DNA of 64,000 nucleotides, taken from a virus. Numbering within the stretch: the stretch's first letter is position 1; each line of letters opens with the position of its first letter. The notes beneath the pieces were generated by a model, which ran no database searches, was not told the DNA's origin, and saw only the letters and a list, made by a program, of their open reading frames with translations. Both the position numbers and the translations under genes were made by a program. The stretch lies in IMG/VR virus record IMGVR_UViG_3300017989_000002, one strand, 5' to 3'. Shown in pieces: positions 9,603 through 20,006 of this stretch.

Positions 9603-12600
9603 GGCTCTGGCTCCTCGACGGTGCTGCTCATGCTGGAGCCCGTGGCAGGGAAGAAGTCGGTGAAGTCCTGGCTAACCACGTCAGCCTCCTCTCTCCCGTC
9701 TGGGAGGTCCTGGGACATGGGGAACTGCGTCGTGTCACCCCGGTTGATGACCTTCGTGCCGGCGTTGGTCAACCCCGGGTAGTTCGCAGCGAGGGTGATG
9801 GTCAGGCCGTCTCCTGCATCGATGGCCAGGACCTCGACGGGCGGGTTGTCGTCCACGGGCGTCGTGCCCAAGGCAGGAACCGCCTGGATGTAGTCCCCGA
9901 CCTCGATGACGCCGCGCATGTCGTTGGTGCAGGGGACCGAGGCGGAGCCGTTCGTGAAGTCGAAGGTGCCATCGTACGCCTTGGCCGAGAGGTAGAGCAC
10001 GCACCCGTCGTACTCCTCCTCGATGGGCTGGATGAGGCTCACCTCGATCGTGTCCACGACCTCGTCGATCTGGTACCAGCGCCCGCGAGGGTCGCACAGG
10101 TACCTCTCCGTGACGGGGCCCACGGGACCGATGTCCGATACCGCATCGTCGAACTGCTGGATGAAGCTGTTGCCGAGGCCAAGCTCGTGGAAGTTGTCCG
10201 GCAGCAACGTCGTCCCGAACAGGCCGGCGCCGAGCGTGGCCACGAACTCCAGCTCCTCCTCGGGGCAGTTCTCGTCCTGCCAGTCGTAGTAGACGTTCAT
10301 GACTGCCAGGTCGATGAGCGAGAGGCAGTAGGTCCCAGGATCCCCCGTGAAGGTCTCGGCGAAGCGGAGGGAGTTGTCGTCCACGACGGTCGCGATCTGC
10401 CCACGTAGGAAGGCGTCGTTGACCGCCGCCCAGGGGTACCCGGTCCCGCTGAAGTCGAACGGGGTCTTCAGCGTGAGCGTGCTGCCCGAGACACCCGTCA
10501 CGAGACGCGTCTGACCACCGCACTGAACTCGCGCGCCGACCTGGACGTCGTCCATCGCGCCCGGCGTGGCGTCGACGAAGGAGAGGGAGCCGTCGACGAC
10601 CTCGCCCTCCGTCCCGGTGATGTACCGAGAAGCGGCCACGTACTTGCGCGACACCGCGCCTGGGCCGCCCACTTGGGACAAGAGGGCTCCGTCTACGCCC
10701 TCGACCAGAGGGAGCTGGGTGAAGCTGCCCGCCGGCTCCCCCCGCTCCTCGGAGACCCTGTAGTGGAAGCGGACGTGGAAGCCCTCGGCCCACACGCCCG
10801 TGGGGTCCCGGAGGGCGTCCGTGCCCAGCTGCACGGCCAGGTACCCGCCAGACGCCGGGGACGTGTTGGAGTCCGACGTCGTGCCTGCCTCAGGGCCCTC
10901 GTGGGAGTCGTAGCCGATGGCGTGTGTCTCGATGGCGGAGGCGGACGCTGCATCCACGTAGCCGTAGGCAGAGGCTCCGTCAGGCACGGCGAAGCTGGTC
11001 TTGTTGGCGGCGTTGTTCCAGACGTGCACCTTGGGAGAGGTCCCGAGCTCCACCCCAATCATGGAGTGCTTGCCCGCGCCGTTGGGAAGGCCGTTGGACT
11101 CCACGACGCCTATCCACGCATGGTAGCGGGTTGCGGGGTCGGGGCACGTCTCCACGACCTCGATGTACCACTCGATGCGGTTGTTGGAGCCCCAGAAGTC
11201 CGCCACAACGACGCCGTCGGAGTCCAAGATCTCGAGGATCCAGGTGTGCAACTGCTGGGTGTCGTCCGGGTACTTGCGGGTGAAGAACTTCGAGGCCGCC
11301 AGCCGCACGTAGTAGACGTCGTCGCCCTCATCCGCGATGTCGTCGCTCTGGCCAGAAAGGTCGGTGTCGAACTCGGTGATGGCGTCGGCCAGGTCCACGG
11401 TTCGCCAGTCCGACTCGGCAGACGGGTCGAGGTCCCACTTCCCGTCAAGGTCGGTGAGCCAGTCCCGGACCCCCGGGTTCTGGGGGTGGCGCTGGGTGCC
11501 CGCCGTGGTTGCCCAGGAAGGACCCTCCACCTGGTCGTAGCGCCAGTCCGTGACGTGCTGCTGGTAGTCGTAGCTGTCGTACCGAGGGATGGTGACGTCG
11601 CAGGGGAGGTCCCACAGCTCCAATTGGGCCACGAACTCCAGGGCATCGGAGATGTCGAGGTCATCGAAGTGGCGGCTCACCGCCAGGAAGTAGGCCTGCT
11701 TCCAGGTGGGCTTGATCCTCGAGAGGAACGATAGGGCGAAGGGCAGGGCTTCGAGGTCGGGGCTGTCTGCCTCTGCTGCGATCTCGAAGGAGTGGTACTT
11801 CTGGAGCTCGTGCACGTTCGCGTGGCGCTCGAACCAGAATGGGTCCGTGGTCCAGTCCACGACGTCGACGCCGTAGCAGAGGGGCTGGAACGTCGAGACG
11901 GCGTCGCCCACGGACAAGGGCGTGCCGATGGTCCGCGGGAAGGTGTAGTCGACGCCGGCGACGCGGATACGGGACAGCGCGCCCGTGTAGGTCAGCTCCA
12001 GCTCCTCCACGACGCCGTCCTGCCCGCTCACGGGAAGGCCCAGCAGCAGGTGAACTCCCGTGCGGATGGCGCCGCGCGCCGGCCCGCGGAAGTACGCGTA
12101 GTAGAGGCCTTGGAGCCGGAGCTTGTACGTCTCCGTGGAGTCCCCGTCGAGGCCGATGTTCCGTCCGTAGATGGAGGCGAGCAGGTGCTCGTCGTAGGCC
12201 ACGTGCTCGGCCCACACTCGGTCTGGAGGAAGCGTCTGGAACTCCAGGACCGTGCCGGTTCCGGGGTAGTGCAGGTGCACGTCCAGACCCCCCACCCAGG
12301 TCTGCGTCGCGTTCTTCACCTTGTCGACGAGGCTCGGAACCTCCCTGATGCGGTAGGGGGAGCTCGGGTCGAAGTAGGCCCACGCCGACGTCGAGCCTCT
12401 CATCTGCTGGTCCCACGCGGTGACGACGACGCCGAGCCCAGTCGTGTACTGCAGGGGGTACAGGTCGTCGACGAGGTCGCCTGACCGGACGTTCGAGGTC
12501 CCGAAGTACGCGAGACGATGGGCTGTGTCCCCCGTCCGTGCCTCTACGTCCAGGGTCACGCTGGCGACGAGGACCTCGCCACGAACGTCGAACTCGAGGG

Positions 12601-13561
12601 CCGCTGCGTCCGCCGGGAAGATGTAAGCCTGCACCGTGAGCTGATCGCCCGCGATGGAGGTGACGGGCGTCTCCTTGCCCTCGTAGACGACGAGGTCCCC
12701 CTCCACCACCCCGGCGCCCGCCCAGTCGAAGCCAGGGACCTCGACGCGGTTGACGTAGGGCAGGGACCCCGTCGAGGCGTCTGTCTGTCCTACAGACGTC
12801 GTGTACTTGAGCGCGCGGAGCTCCCACGCATCGCAGGACAGCGTGGCCGTGACCGCCTCGTATTCGTTGTCGATGCGGTAGCGAACACCGGGCAGCAGGA
12901 CGCCACCGCCCTGCTCGAGCACCACGGTCCCGCCGGTCCCTTCGTGGCCTGCGTACAGGACGGCCTGGTCGGTGTCTTCGTCGATGCGGCGCGTGATCCC
13001 GGAGTACAGACCGCCGTCGCCCTCCTCACCGAAGTAGCCGACGCGACACGCACCAGCCCTGTCCGAGCTCGTGTACAGGACCTCGTAGCTCCACCGCAAG
13101 GATGCCCTCTCGGACACCTCGGAGGAGAGGGCGAACCAGTGCGGTGTGGCGTCGACGCTCGTCCTCCACAGAGCCGTCAGGTCGCCGCTTGCGTACGAGT
13201 AGCGATCGGACGTGAGGCTCCGCCCGCCCGCTTCGGCAGGAGCCGGAGACTTGCTGAAGTCCAGGCGCTTCGTGAGGTCGAAAGCCACCCACCTCCGCGG
13301 CGAGAGGAGCGGGGTCTCGTCGAGACTCGTGGTCGCGTCCTGGATGTACGCCTGCAGGAGATCTCCAGCCCCGAGCTCGATCATCGCAGTCCAGAACTCC
13401 TCGATGATGTCGCGGTCCTCCATGTAGGCGTACGCGTCGTCGAGGAGCTGCCAGAAGATGGGCGTGTCTACGCGGTCCTGCTGTACAGGGTCGAAGTCCG
13501 AGGCGGCGGGCTGGACTTCGTAGACGAGGGCGCCGTCCACGGTCCCGAACAAGAGAGGCAT
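9599..13561 (-). CDS. Large baseplate wedge subunit (1320 aa)
   Basis: YKLRLQGLYYAYFRGP....IRTG..LLLG and FLSRIKPTW motifs (tail protein I/gp7-like); baseplate operon context. Confidence 0.65.
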   Translation of the reverse strand: MPLLFGTVDGALVYEVQPAASDFDPVQQDRVDTPIFWQLLDDAYAYMEDRDIIEEFWTAMIELGAGDLLQAYIQDATTSLDETPLLSPRRWVAFDLTKRLDFSKSPAPAEAGGRSLTSDRYSYASGDLTALWRTSVDATPHWFALSSEVSERASLRWSYEVLYTSSDRAGACRVGYFGEEGDGGLYSGITRRIDEDTDQAVLYAGHEGTGGTVVLEQGGGVLLPGVRYRIDNEYEAVTATLSCDAWELRALKYTTSVGQTDASTGSLPYVNRVEVPGFDWAGAGVVEGDLVVYEGKETPVTSIAGDQLTVQAYIFPADAAALEFDVRGEVLVASVTLDVEARTGDTAHRLAYFGTSNVRSGDLVDDLYPLQYTTGLGVVVTAWDQQMRGSTSAWAYFDPSSPYRIREVPSLVDKVKNATQTWVGGLDVHLHYPGTGTVLEFQTLPPDRVWAEHVAYDEHLLASIYGRNIGLDGDSTETYKLRLQGLYYAYFRGPARGAIRTGVHLLLGLPVSGQDGVVEELELTYTGALSRIRVAGVDYTFPRTIGTPLSVGDAVSTFQPLCYGVDVVDWTTDPFWFERHANVHELQKYHSFEIAAEADSPDLEALPFALSFLSRIKPTWKQAYFLAVSRHFDDLDISDALEFVAQLELWDLPCDVTIPRYDSYDYQQHVTDWRYDQVEGPSWATTAGTQRHPQNPGVRDWLTDLDGKWDLDPSAESDWRTVDLADAITEFDTDLSGQSDDIADEGDDVYYVRLAASKFFTRKYPDDTQQLHTWILEILDSDGVVVADFWGSNNRIEWYIEVVETCPDPATRYHAWIGVVESNGLPNGAGKHSMIGVELGTSPKVHVWNNAANKTSFAVPDGASAYGYVDAASASAIETHAIGYDSHEGPEAGTTSDSNTSPASGGYLAVQLGTDALRDPTGVWAEGFHVRFHYRVSEERGEPAGSFTQLPLVEGVDGALLSQVGGPGAVSRKYVAASRYITGTEGEVVDGSLSFVDATPGAMDDVQVGARVQCGGQTRLVTGVSGSTLTLKTPFDFSGTGYPWAAVNDAFLRGQIATVVDDNSLRFAETFTGDPGTYCLSLIDLAVMNVYYDWQDENCPEEELEFVATLGAGLFGTTLLPDNFHELGLGNSFIQQFDDAVSDIGPVGPVTERYLCDPRGRWYQIDEVVDTIEVSLIQPIEEEYDGCVLYLSAKAYDGTFDFTNGSASVPCTNDMRGVIEVGDYIQAVPALGTTPVDDNPPVEVLAIDAGDGLTITLAANYPGLTNAGTKVINRGDTTQFPMSQDLPDGREEADVVSQDFTDFFPATGSSMSSTVEEPEP

Positions 13562-15171
13562 CAGACCTCCCGCGGGGTGGTGGCGAGCCGAGTCACGTGC
13601 CCTCGGACCCTCGTGGTCTTGAGGACCGTCTTCCGCGCGAGATCGACCTCGACGATGTTGGTGAAGTCGCCGTCGCGCACGGCCACGCCCAAGGTACGTG
13701 CCGACGCATCCCAGGCCAAGGCCATCACGTCGTTACCCGGCAAGATCGGGTACAGGTACGACTCGCCCGCCCCGTAGGCAGCCTCGCCGACGGCACCCTC
13801 CTCGATGCGGAACTGCATCACCCCGCCGTCCGTGGCCACGAACACCGTGTTCTCTTCGGGCCAGTGAACCATGTCTCGCACGTTCGTGACCATGCCAGCA
13901 GGCCAGGCTCGGACCGTGACCTCATTCAGAGCAGCGGCGGGGTCTTCCAGCCAGGAGGGGTCCTGCGTCCAGGCGAACCCTAGGGCCGATGAGAGGGCGA
14001 GGCCACTCGTAGGGAATCCGATGCCCATCAGCGGCTCGTGCACCTCGTAGTCATCGGAGAAGCCGAAGGGCGCGGCGTTGTGGACCTCGAGGTAGGTCTC
14101 CTGCACCGCAACCACCCGCTGTGTCCAGAGGTCCTGGGTCACGATCTTGTCGCCGACATTGAAGTGGTCTCGGAGGTCCACCGGAACTTGGTCTCCTTGC
14201 ACGGGCTGGTACAGGAACTCCATCCAAGGGACTCCAGGAGGAGGGAAGTAGTCCTCTCCCCGGTCCTCGAAGCCGGTCTGAAGGCCGAAGGGAGGCTGCC
14301 TCGCCTCCGTGTTCGAGTGCAGGTAGTTGGGCTGCCCGTCCGTCTTGGAGCGCGCGCGAAGAACGACGATCCCGTTGGATGACGAGAGGATGAACGTGGG
14401 CTCGTACGCATCCTCCCCGTAGTTGCGCGCCACCCGCATCGCGCTGACCTTGTAGGTCCGCAGCCAGAGGTATCCCTTGTTCTCTCCGGTGAGAGGGGTG
14501 CCCGTGCCTTGGAAGTCGGGCACCGGCCCGTCGTAGACGACCGAGCCCCGGTAGGTGGGGTCGTTGCGGTTCGTCATCCCCTGCCAGTAGAGCAGACCGC
14601 CCGGCAAGGTCCAGTAGACGACGTCGAAGCCGAAGTCGAGGGTCAGCACGCCGCGCGGCGTGCCCAGGACCAAGATCCCGTCGATGAAGTCGAAGTCCTG
14701 CACGGTCGAGGTCCAGCCCACCGGCCCGAGGGCGGTGCCGAGGCTGCCTCCCGCCAAGAACCTCATCCACACCTCGTAGTTCGAGGCGTTGATGATGCAG
14801 AGCTCTTCTCGCGTCGCAACGACGATGATGCGGCGGGGGAAGGACGCTGCGTCTCCCCGGTGGGGCCCCGCGGCCTCGAGGGCCCAGCTCGCTTCCGGGC
14901 GGGGGTGGCCGGGGTCCAGCTCGCCGTCGGTGTACCAGAACCCGTCGGCCCCGTACCCGCTGTAGTGCCTGTCCGGCCGACGGAATCGACTGGAGCCGGT
15001 GTCGTACGCCTTCACGAGCTGGATGCGGTCAGACACCAGCCTGGGGTTGCCTGCCGCATCGACCTTGGAGGAGTGCAGAGGCGTCTCCGGCGCGGGACCG
15101 ACGTCCTCGACGAGGGGCCTCGGGCTCAACGCGAACGGCGCGACATTGGTCATCCACGTCGAGATCATCAC
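13561..15171 (-). CDS. Beta-propeller virion protein
   Basis: Repeated blades (LVLGTPRGV, VFVATDGGV, LPGNDVMALAWD). Confidence 0.6.
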   Translation of the reverse strand: MMISTWMTNVAPFALSPRPLVEDVGPAPETPLHSSKVDAAGNPRLVSDRIQLVKAYDTGSSRFRRPDRHYSGYGADGFWYTDGELDPGHPRPEASWALEAAGPHRGDAASFPRRIIVVATREELCIINASNYEVWMRFLAGGSLGTALGPVGWTSTVQDFDFIDGILVLGTPRGVLTLDFGFDVVYWTLPGGLLYWQGMTNRNDPTYRGSVVYDGPVPDFQGTGTPLTGENKGYLWLRTYKVSAMRVARNYGEDAYEPTFILSSSNGIVVLRARSKTDGQPNYLHSNTEARQPPFGLQTGFEDRGEDYFPPPGVPWMEFLYQPVQGDQVPVDLRDHFNVGDKIVTQDLWTQRVVAVQETYLEVHNAAPFGFSDDYEVHEPLMGIGFPTSGLALSSALGFAWTQDPSWLEDPAAALNEVTVRAWPAGMVTNVRDMVHWPEENTVFVATDGGVMQFRIEEGAVGEAAYGAGESYLYPILPGNDVMALAWDASARTLGVAVRDGDFTNIVEVDLARKTVLKTTRVRGHVTRLATTPREV

Positions 15172-17174
15172 TCACCGAAGGTCTGGGGCCCGTACACGCC
15201 GAGGAGATCCGAACCCCCACCGAGGGTGGCCTTGGTCCAGCCATCGCCCACGGAGAGGGGCAGGCTCTGACGCGCCGTCAGGCTGGCGTCGCCCACGACC
15301 AGGAACTGCGAGAGCGGAGTGTCGCCGCCCGTCTCGCCCCACTTGATGCGACGAGCCACCTGACCTGGCGTCGGGGCACCGGTGTCGCTCCAGTTCGCTC
15401 CGTCGTCACCAGAAGCACGCGACCAGGAAGCCAGGGTGTCGCCTCCGACGGCGCACAGCGTCCCGTCAGGAGCAACATCGACGTCGCGGCAGTGCGTGGG
15501 CAGGCCGGTGCCCCGTGCCCCGAACGCGGTGGGTGTCGTTCCGGTGCTCTGCGCCTCGACGACACCAGCCTGGGAGATGATGATCCACTCGCCGCCCCCA
15601 CCGAGGTTGGCGTCGTGCGTGACCGCCCACACAGGAGCGACGGCAGAGTTCATCGTGCACTGGGCCCAAGAGGACAGATCTCCGGTGTTCGCCCAGTAGG
15701 GCCCGTCCGAACCCGTGGCGATGAACGCCTCGACGCCGTCTGTGTCGATCGAGGTGAAGTCGGGGTTGCCGGCCACCGTGGTGCTGTTCCACGACGCTGC
15801 GTTGGCGACCTCGTTGACGGCACACCACGCGACGAGGCCGTTGTCGCCCACGGCCACGACGTAGCCGGAGCCCATCCCGTCATCGAGGACGGCGATGTCG
15901 TTGAACGTGTCTGTCTCACCCAGGAGACCGGACACCACGGACCAGGAGGACAGGTCTCCGCCGGCCGCGGTCTGGGCCACGACACCGTTGATGCCTGCCA
16001 TGACGTAGAGGCCGTAGTCCCCGCCCCCGCTGGGGACGTGGTCGGCGGCGCGCATGCTGTCTATGCCTATGCCGGACGCCGAGAAGGCGACTCCGTCCTC
16101 GGAGAAGAACGTCTCGGTCACGTCGGAGCGTGGGACGAGCCACACAGTACCCGCGATGCCACCGCCGCCATCGCCCCCGTCGCCGCCATCACCGCCTCCG
16201 GCGAACTGCGACAAGTAGGCGAACAGCGCGGCCTGGTTCGTCTCGTCCAAGGTGCGCGACTGCGAAGAGAGTCTCCCCATGCCGTCATACTCGAAGGACA
16301 CGTCCGTCGAGTAGATGAGGCGTTCGGCGTCGCGGTCGTCAGCCGCTGTCGCGTCCATGTACGTGTCCAGGCGGCCCGACGTGGGGTTGCCGTCGGCGGC
16401 GAAGGAGGTGTACTCGTAGACGCCGTTGGTCCCGGAGAACAGCTGGAGCATGAGGGCGAAGACCCCGATGAAGTCACCATCATCACCGCCTCCGCCGCTG
16501 CTGCTGCTGCTGCCGTCTCCGTTCATCGACCAGACGTGGGTGAGGCCCGTGTCGGCCGTGAGGCGGATCGAGACGTAGTGGTGGCGTGCTCCGCCCAGAT
16601 CTCCTGCGCCGCCGTTGTTGTTGTCCAGCCGGAAGCTGTACATGCCGGGGAAGGCGGCCCCGATCTCACCCCAGCTGACTGCGGTGGGGTCGATGGACCT
16701 GGTGATCTGGGCCGACATCTCGCCCAGACCGAGCCACTCGAGGGTCTCCAAGTCTCCGTCTGTGACTCCGGTCAGGGGCTCGCCGTCGCGGCCCTCGAGG
16801 TAGACGTAGCAGGTGTAGTGCCCCTCCGCGCTACCCGCGTCGAAGATGCCCCGAGGCTCTCCACGGGGATGCGCCCAGCGCACCATCGGTCCGAGGTTGT
16901 GGTCCGTGAGCAAGATCTGGAACGTGGTGTACCGCTCGGCAGCCGGGATGCCCGTCGACCCGCCCGGATCGTTGTCGATGACGTAGACGGCGTCGGCATC
17001 GAGGTCGGCGGGGACCTCGAACGTGTAGATGCCGTTCCCGACCTCGGCGACGACGGGAGCGGAGGGCGCGGGCGGGTTGCCGTCCGACTTGACCCACAGG
17101 TAGGACCCAGGAGACTGGCCCGTGGCGGGGGTCCCTGCGTTGGTCACCATGTAGAACTTGCGGCGTGAGCTCAC
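15168..17174 (-). CDS. Modular receptor-binding/fibre protein with C-terminal beta-propeller
   Basis: Ser/Gly linkers separate domains; blades VAVGDNG, S.W repeats; GCAGGAGG RBS. Confidence 0.6.
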   Translation of the reverse strand: MSSRRKFYMVTNAGTPATGQSPGSYLWVKSDGNPPAPSAPVVAEVGNGIYTFEVPADLDADAVYVIDNDPGGSTGIPAAERYTTFQILLTDHNLGPMVRWAHPRGEPRGIFDAGSAEGHYTCYVYLEGRDGEPLTGVTDGDLETLEWLGLGEMSAQITRSIDPTAVSWGEIGAAFPGMYSFRLDNNNGGAGDLGGARHHYVSIRLTADTGLTHVWSMNGDGSSSSSGGGGDDGDFIGVFALMLQLFSGTNGVYEYTSFAADGNPTSGRLDTYMDATAADDRDAERLIYSTDVSFEYDGMGRLSSQSRTLDETNQAALFAYLSQFAGGGDGGDGGDGGGGIAGTVWLVPRSDVTETFFSEDGVAFSASGIGIDSMRAADHVPSGGGDYGLYVMAGINGVVAQTAAGGDLSSWSVVSGLLGETDTFNDIAVLDDGMGSGYVVAVGDNGLVAWCAVNEVANAASWNSTTVAGNPDFTSIDTDGVEAFIATGSDGPYWANTGDLSSWAQCTMNSAVAPVWAVTHDANLGGGGEWIIISQAGVVEAQSTGTTPTAFGARGTGLPTHCRDVDVAPDGTLCAVGGDTLASWSRASGDDGANWSDTGAPTPGQVARRIKWGETGGDTPLSQFLVVGDASLTARQSLPLSVGDGWTKATLGGGSDLLGVYGPQTFGE

Positions 17175-17205
17175 GAGACGACCCTCCTGCGCGTTAGGCT
17201 ACCGC

Positions 17206-17427
17206 ATGAACGATAACCGCCCGAGGGGTACCGGCGCCCGCCTACTGGACGTCGGCACTGTACTGAAGCTGGTGGAAGGACGCCAGGGCTTCACCGAAGC
17301 GCGCACCTGTCCTTCCTGCGAGAGGCACCTGTCCCCCCACCCCACCGTGCGTCAGGGAGTGAAGTGGCGGTGCCCGTGGTGCGATGAGGAGACTCCCTCC
17401 GAGGGTCACTCCGAGACCGAGATGTAG
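17206..17427 (+). CDS. Small zinc-ribbon protein, antisense to the structural block
   Basis: CPSC...CPWC; ATG 5 nt after TAGGCT (leaderless-like). Confidence 0.5.
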   Translation: MNDNRPRGTGARLLDVGTVLKLVEGRQGFTEARTCPSCERHLSPHPTVRQGVKWRCPWCDEETPSEGHSETEM

Positions 17428-20006
17428 TCCGCGTCGGGCAGGAAGTTGTGCGCCTCGTCGGAACCTACCTCCGTCTCACTGGCCTGCAGGGAGATCGACC
17501 TGTCGTCGTTGTGGCGAAGGACGAGGAGGGGGAGGGGCAGCACGGTGTACGTGGCTCCGGAGGCCGACAAGACGTCCACCAGGTCGCTGCCCTGGAGGGG
17601 GTCGCCCGACGACAGGCCGAGAAGATGCTGCTCGAGGTCGCTCTGCCCCTGCTCCGGAGCGTCCGACACGATGTCCAGCCGGACGTAGGAGGGCAGGAAG
17701 TGGCGTAGGAGGAGGTCTTCGCCTACGGGCGCGTTCTCGTCGTCCTCCACGAACTCCTGCGCCTCAGCGATGTAGGCCGCCGAGGCGTAGGTGATGCGGA
17801 CCGCGAACGACGCCTCGTCGTCGATCAGGTACGTGTCGTCGTCGGGCCATGCCGAGAACGACAGGTAGGGCGTGTCCCTCGACGAGAAGGACTCGTGCTG
17901 CGAGGGCGACCGAAGCTGCCACCCATCAGCCGAGATACCTTCCAAGTCGAGGTAGACCCCCCGGTCGAGGTTGCCTCCGGCGCCGACGGCTGTCGCCTCG
18001 ACGTGGAGGTCGATGTAGGCCAGGCCGTTCGAGTCCACGAGGGCGTCCCCGCTGAGGACCCCCGGGCAGATGACCACGTCCTCGAAGGCGGGCGTCGCGG
18101 CAGCGAACCAGTCGCCCCCCTCCTCACGCACGGTGAGGTGGGTGTTGCCTCCGGTCTCGGCGACGTTGGTGATGGCGTAGGTGCCCAGGAACGCGCTACC
18201 CAAGAGCCTGTCGCCTGCCTGGATGCGGTCGGCGTACTCGCCGGACACCACGATGCGGAGGGTCCCGCCTCCGACGTCCTGCACCTGGGCTGTCACGTTG
18301 ACGTAGCCGCGCGTCTCCTCGACCGCGTCGTAGTCCTTGACGGCGTAGGACCAGGAGCCCAGGGTGAAGCGCGCGTCCGGCGTCGCGTAGGCCGAGCACG
18401 GGTCCAAGAAGTAGACGCGCACCACACCCGCTGCCTTGGAGGCGGCGCCTCCCCCCTCGAGGTCTTCCACGACACGGCAACCCACCGCCCGGGCGTGAGG
18501 GAACACGATGCCGGTCGGTGCGAGGGTCGTCGAGTTGAGCAGCTCGATCTGCCGGATGCGCAGAAGCGGGAGCGGCACGTTCGAGCGGGCGATGTTGGAG
18601 GAGGCGAGGACCGAGACCCCGCCCTCGACCAGAGGCTCCTTGCTCGAAGACCCGGGGAGTGCGGCGAGCGGCTCGTCGTCGCTCGAGAAGGCGGCCTCCC
18701 CCTCGACCTCACCGACCAGGTCGTAGAGGGGGATGGACATGCGCTCGCTGTCGCGTCGCGTGATCTCGTAGGTGCGCGAGTACATGCCGCCGGGCAGGGG
18801 GTCCCCGGAGAGGTCGAGGGAGTAGGCGCCGACCGTGGAGATCTGCCGCTCCTCGCTGCCCACCCGCAGCCAGTCTCCTGCCTTCACGCCGTTGACGACG
18901 TAGTTGCCGGTGGCGTCCTCCCACAGGCTGGTGTCGGGGCCGCCGGCGGTGAACCCGCGGTCCGACCGCCACACGCGGTACCCCACGTCACGGAGGTCCT
19001 TGATGTCCAGCGAAGACAGGACGGGCTCCCCGCGGCGCAGGTAGACGTCGGTGTGGCCTCCGAGGTGCAGGGACTGCCCTCCCGTGAGGTCTGGGCTCGT
19101 CTTCCCCCGCACACCCCCCGGGATGCCGGACAAGGAGGTGGGTCCCCGCAGAAGGTCGCGCTGCATGAGGGGGTGCCCGGAGTCGACGACCCGGAGGTCG
19201 TCGTAGGTGCCCAGGGACTCGGGCAACGTCACTCGGACGCCTCGCGTCGTCGTCAGGGTGCGCTGCGTGATGGAGTCCTGCGCGCGCTCGACGCCCTCGG
19301 CCTTCGTCTCGTCGTCCTGCACGACCTCGGCCGAGACGAGGTTGGTGACGCGCACCACGCCCGCGATGCCGTCGACGCCGATGATGGCGCCCGCCTCGAC
19401 GACGTACTCGCTGCCTGCTCCGTCGGCACGCACGGTCACGTCGACGAAGTACTGCCCGTTCTCGACCTGGAAGGACATCTCGGCCTGAGAGATGGACTGC
19501 GTGGTCGTCGGGTAGAAGCTCAGCCCGCCTCCGGTGAAGAAGCGCGTCGAGGGCGTGAAGGTCCGGGACTGCGCGGCGGAGAAGTAGACGCGGACGGGGA
19601 GCTGCACCGTCCCACCGTCCCGCAGCGTGATGAAGAAGTCCGAGAGGCGGGCACTCAGCTCGGCCCTCGTCATCAACTCGTAGTCCTCGAGCGCGCGCGT
19701 TGCGCGATTCTCGCTCGCCTCCCTGCGCCACGCCTTCACCACCACGGCCAGGGGCCGGATGAGGAGCTGCCGAAGGTCGGAGACAGGGCTGGTGTCGAGC
19801 TCGTCCCCGAACTCCGCATCCAGGACCGCGGCCACGAACTCCTCGGCATCCCCCGACAGGGGGTCCGGCCCGACGCGTGTCAGGAGCGGCCTCATGACCG
19901 AGGAGTAGAAGGCCGAGTCGCGCCCGGTGTCGATGTCGGGGTCGTAGGACGCCATGAGCTCACGGAACAGCGTGAGCAGCGTGTCGTCGATGAGGTTGAT
20001 CGCCAT
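17406..20006 (-). CDS. Baseplate J/gp6-like wedge protein
   Basis: V.VRADGAGSEY.V.AG.I..RVTN..DDET..RAQDSITQR baseplate-J signature; second ATAVGAGGN motif. Confidence 0.8.
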   Translation of the reverse strand: MAINLIDDTLLTLFRELMASYDPDIDTGRDSAFYSSVMRPLLTRVGPDPLSGDAEEFVAAVLDAEFGDELDTSPVSDLRQLLIRPLAVVVKAWRREASENRATRALEDYELMTRAELSARLSDFFITLRDGGTVQLPVRVYFSAAQSRTFTPSTRFFTGGGLSFYPTTTQSISQAEMSFQVENGQYFVDVTVRADGAGSEYVVEAGAIIGVDGIAGVVRVTNLVSAEVVQDDETKAEGVERAQDSITQRTLTTTRGVRVTLPESLGTYDDLRVVDSGHPLMQRDLLRGPTSLSGIPGGVRGKTSPDLTGGQSLHLGGHTDVYLRRGEPVLSSLDIKDLRDVGYRVWRSDRGFTAGGPDTSLWEDATGNYVVNGVKAGDWLRVGSEERQISTVGAYSLDLSGDPLPGGMYSRTYEITRRDSERMSIPLYDLVGEVEGEAAFSSDDEPLAALPGSSSKEPLVEGGVSVLASSNIARSNVPLPLLRIRQIELLNSTTLAPTGIVFPHARAVGCRVVEDLEGGGAASKAAGVVRVYFLDPCSAYATPDARFTLGSWSYAVKDYDAVEETRGYVNVTAQVQDVGGGTLRIVVSGEYADRIQAGDRLLGSAFLGTYAITNVAETGGNTHLTVREEGGDWFAAATPAFEDVVICPGVLSGDALVDSNGLAYIDLHVEATAVGAGGNLDRGVYLDLEGISADGWQLRSPSQHESFSSRDTPYLSFSAWPDDDTYLIDDEASFAVRITYASAAYIAEAQEFVEDDENAPVGEDLLLRHFLPSYVRLDIVSDAPEQGQSDLEQHLLGLSSGDPLQGSDLVDVLSASGATYTVLPLPLLVLRHNDDRSISLQASETEVGSDEAHNFLPDADYISVSE

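Noticed and set aside
4447-17174. Diversity-generating retroelement or invertible fibre cassette
   Set aside because: No reverse transcriptase, invertase or TR/VR-like duplicated segment noticed.
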